This document shows, piece by piece, positions 60,190 to 62,426 of a stretch of 62,426 nucleotides of DNA. A model generated the notes under the pieces. It saw only the letters and a program-made list of their open reading frames with translations. It was not told the DNA's origin and searched no databases. A program made the position numbers and the translations under genes. Origin of the DNA: an uncultured Clostridia bacterium (GTDB lineage: Bacteria; Bacillota; Clostridia; Oscillospirales; UBA644). The DNA lies in NCBI GenBank assembly GCA_944382895.1, contig CALWNV010000002.1, forward strand, positions 1-62,426, given 5' to 3'. The first letter of the stretch is position 1; each line of letters begins with the position of its first letter.

Positions 60190-60909
60190 TTAAAGCGGAA
60201 GCATAAGTTTTGTGGTGATTGTTTTCCAAAACCCGTCAATTAAAACAACTAAGCCTGTTCCCGTATAGGTGTTCTCACCTGTTTTGACTGAAAAATCAAC
60301 TTTTGCAAACGCCGCGGCTCCCTGAGCGTCGCCGTTAAAATAGTTGACCTCAACATCTATATATTCATACGTATCTTTTTCATAGTATTCTTCTACTTTG
60401 CAATCAACTGAATATATAAGAGATCCCGGCTCTGGTCGGTCGGAAAAAGATTGCAACATGTATATAATCAGCAAATCATCCGAAAGGTTTTCGGCAGCAA
60501 TGTTGTTTTCGGCCGCATATTCTTCTTTGATAAAATTTTTTGCCGGTCCGCTCATTGTTCCGAGCATCCCTTTGACATTTCCTTCTATATAATTAACTAT
60601 GAATTCTCTGAATACCACATCAGCATAGTTTTTTGCCTCCAAAATTTCAGGGGTTTCTGTTTTTGGATTGTCTTTTGAGGGCTCGGCAGAGATGTTAGCT
60701 GCGTTTCCTCCCGGAAGATAAGATTTTTCATTAAAAGAGCTGTCAGGGTTGTTCGGAGAATTCGTTTCTGTTTGGATAGTCTGATCTCCTGTGGAAACGT
60801 CCGGTTCTTGTGTCCCATTTGTTTCAGGTGTATTTTTTTTGCATCCAGCGACTGATACGATAAAGACAATGATAAAAAACACAAGAATCAGCTTTTCCGC
60901 AATTTTCAT
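60190..60909 (-). CDS. lipoprotein, function unknown
   Basis: 239 aa with a signal peptide and lipobox (FIVSVAGC), a low-complexity Thr/Pro/Asn linker, then a globular domain. It starts 14 nt after the serS stop. Confidence 0.7.
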   Translation of the reverse strand: MKIAEKLILVFFIIVFIVSVAGCKKNTPETNGTQEPDVSTGDQTIQTETNSPNNPDSSFNEKSYLPGGNAANISAEPSKDNPKTETPEILEAKNYADVVFREFIVNYIEGNVKGMLGTMSGPAKNFIKEEYAAENNIAAENLSDDLLIIYMLQSFSDRPEPGSLIYSVDCKVEEYYEKDTYEYIDVEVNYFNGDAQGAAAFAKVDFSVKTGENTYTGTGLVVLIDGFWKTITTKLMLPL

Positions 60910-60923
60910 AAGAAACTCCTTTT

Positions 60924-62210
60924 TTATTTCTCTATTTTGTCTGTTCCCATTGCGGATCTTAAAACCTCTGGTATCGTGACTGACCCGTCTTTATTTTGAT
61001 AGTTTTCAAGAATGGCCGCAACGGTTCTTCCTACAGCGACGCCTGAACCGTTGAGTGTATAGACATATCTTGCTTTGTCCTTTGCGTCTCGTTTGAATTT
61101 GATATTTGCACGGCGAGCCTGAAAGTCAGTAAAACATGAGCAGGAAGATATCTCTACATATCTGTTATAAGACGGCATCCAGACTTCAATGTCATAAGTT
61201 TCCGCGCTTGAAAAACCAAGATCTCCTGTACAACGACGGACAAACCGCTCCAGAAGGCTGAGAAGTTGAAGGAATCTTTCCGCGTCATTTGTAAGTTTTT
61301 CCAGTTCTTCAAGACCCTGTTCGGGAGTTGTAAATTTTACAAGCTCTACTTTGTTAAACTGGTGTTGACGGATAAGCCCTCTCTGATCTCTTCCCGCGCT
61401 CCCCGCTTCTGAACGGAAACATGCGGAATATGCGCAATATTTTTTAGGAAGCTCACTTTCTGAAAAAATCTCATCGGCGTGCAGGTTTGTCACTGGCACT
61501 TCCGCGGTCGGAATGAGAAAATAGTCGTTTTCCGGGTTGTTTTCCGGATTATAAAGCTTAAAAGCATCTTCTTCAAATTTAGGCAGCTGCCCTGTTCCGG
61601 TCATTGATTTCCTGTTGACCATAAACGGCGGAAAAATTTCCGTATAGCCGTTTTTTGTATGTGTGTCAAGAAAAAAGTTTATTACTGCCCGTTCCAGTCT
61701 TGCCCCTGCGCCTTTATAAAAATGAAAACGTGATCCGGTTACTTTTGCGGCGCGCTCAGGGTCAAGGATGTTGAGAAGTTTTCCGATGTCCCAATGTGGC
61801 AGAGGCGAAAAATCAAACTGTGGAGGGGTTCCGAATTTCCGTAATTCGAGATTGTCATCGCTGTCTTTTCCGTAAGGTACAATGTCCAAAGGAATATTGG
61901 GTACGGAAAGCAGAAATTTTTTTATTTGTTCATCAAGAATTTTTATTGCCGCGTCATTTTCCTTGATTTTATCTGAAAGTTCTTTCATTTCGGCAAAAAT
62001 CGCGGTTGTATCCTGTCCTTCTTTTTTAAGGACGGGAATTTTTTTTGAAACAGTGTTTTGTTCCGCTTTGCACTTTTCCGTTTCAAATAAAAGCGTGCGC
62101 CGTTTATCATCAAGACTAATGATTTCATCTACATTTACATCTTTGTTTCTTTTTTTCATGGCTTCTTTGAATTTTTCAGGGTCTTGTTTGATTGTTTTGA
62201 TGTCAAGCAT
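60924..62210 (-). CDS. serS: serine--tRNA ligase
   Basis: 428 aa with an N-terminal coiled-coil arm and a class II core ([19 protein letters not shown]), SerS over its full length. Confidence 0.97.
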   Translation of the reverse strand: MLDIKTIKQDPEKFKEAMKKRNKDVNVDEIISLDDKRRTLLFETEKCKAEQNTVSKKIPVLKKEGQDTTAIFAEMKELSDKIKENDAAIKILDEQIKKFLLSVPNIPLDIVPYGKDSDDNLELRKFGTPPQFDFSPLPHWDIGKLLNILDPERAAKVTGSRFHFYKGAGARLERAVINFFLDTHTKNGYTEIFPPFMVNRKSMTGTGQLPKFEEDAFKLYNPENNPENDYFLIPTAEVPVTNLHADEIFSESELPKKYCAYSACFRSEAGSAGRDQRGLIRQHQFNKVELVKFTTPEQGLEELEKLTNDAERFLQLLSLLERFVRRCTGDLGFSSAETYDIEVWMPSYNRYVEISSCSCFTDFQARRANIKFKRDAKDKARYVYTLNGSGVAVGRTVAAILENYQNKDGSVTIPEVLRSAMGTDKIEK

Positions 62211-62426
62211 CTTTATCTCCTCTTTTCAGTAAAGCGTTGTATAAATTTTCAAGATCTTCCGTCGAATAAAAATCTATTATCAGAGATCCGGTAGTTTTTC
62301 CTTTTTTCCTGGAATAACTTATTTGTGTTTTTCTTCCCAGTGATGAAGTTAAAACGCGTTCCATTTCTTCGGTATAAATATCTTTGTTTTTTGTTGTCGT
62401 CCGGGTTTTTTTTGTTTTTCCTGCCA
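62203..62426 (-). CDS. parB: ParB/Spo0J-like protein, C-terminal end (the gene continues past the right window edge)
   Basis: My translation is ...[73 protein letters not shown]. It resembles the ParB C-terminal dimerisation region (G.V.I...KG.I.I.F.S.E.LE.I). Its stop overlaps the serS start by 8 nt. Confidence 0.6.
   Translation of the reverse strand, partial: AGKTKKTRTTTKNKDIYTEEMERVLTSSLGRKTQISYSRKKGKTTGSLIIDFYSTEDLENLYNALLKRGDKDA

Overview
Chromosomal replication-origin neighbourhood of a roughly 40% GC, spore-forming Clostridia-type Firmicute. The THF riboswitch closely resembles the Eubacterium siraeum folT aptamer as I remember it, which suggests an Oscillospiraceae/Ruminococcaceae relative. 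Genes from about 23.5 to 39.7 kb run on the minus strand: apgM-like, murE, comEB, HD-dNTPase, SSS permease, folT, purD, murC, mnmG, mnmE, jag, yidC, yidD, rnpA, rpmH. Genes from 39.9 to 54.9 kb run on the plus strand: dnaA, dnaN, recF, remB, gyrB, gyrA, glyQS, prfB, rsmA, lacZ. This places oriC at about 39.7-41.5 kb. The left third carries lepB', rplS, a GH36 glycosidase, yunB, ligA, an icd-gpmI operon, an SSS symporter, aconitase-rex, smpB and ruvCAB. The right end (55-62 kb) runs head-on to replication and carries a three-gene ABC-2 transporter, a roughly 2.3 kb low-GC or decayed patch, a lipoprotein gene, serS and the 3' end of parB. I found no rRNA, tRNA, CRISPR array or intact mobile element. 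Most of the window is ordinary core genome. The points worth a second look are these. (1) A confident THF riboswitch appears to gate a tightly packed four-gene operon: FolT, an SSS permease, a SAMHD1-like HD dNTPase and dCMP deaminase. (2) A MurE lacks the DNPR (meso-DAP) motif and is translationally coupled to an archaeal-type ApgM-like metalloenzyme. (3) Two stop-riddled non-coding blocks with coding-like GC lie at 13.4-14.0 kb and 58.1-58.7 kb. (4) A near-consensus promoter drives a roughly 165 nt terminator-bounded RNA ahead of a low-GC HExxH membrane protein, and the patch is framed by recurring CCTGTAAA(A)T motifs. (5) A Rex-type operator overlaps the -35 of the aconitase promoter. (6) The origin lacks canonical DnaA boxes, and parB-serS is displaced from its usual position. 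I cannot point to a clearly novel multi-gene system with confidence; interest scores are set accordingly.
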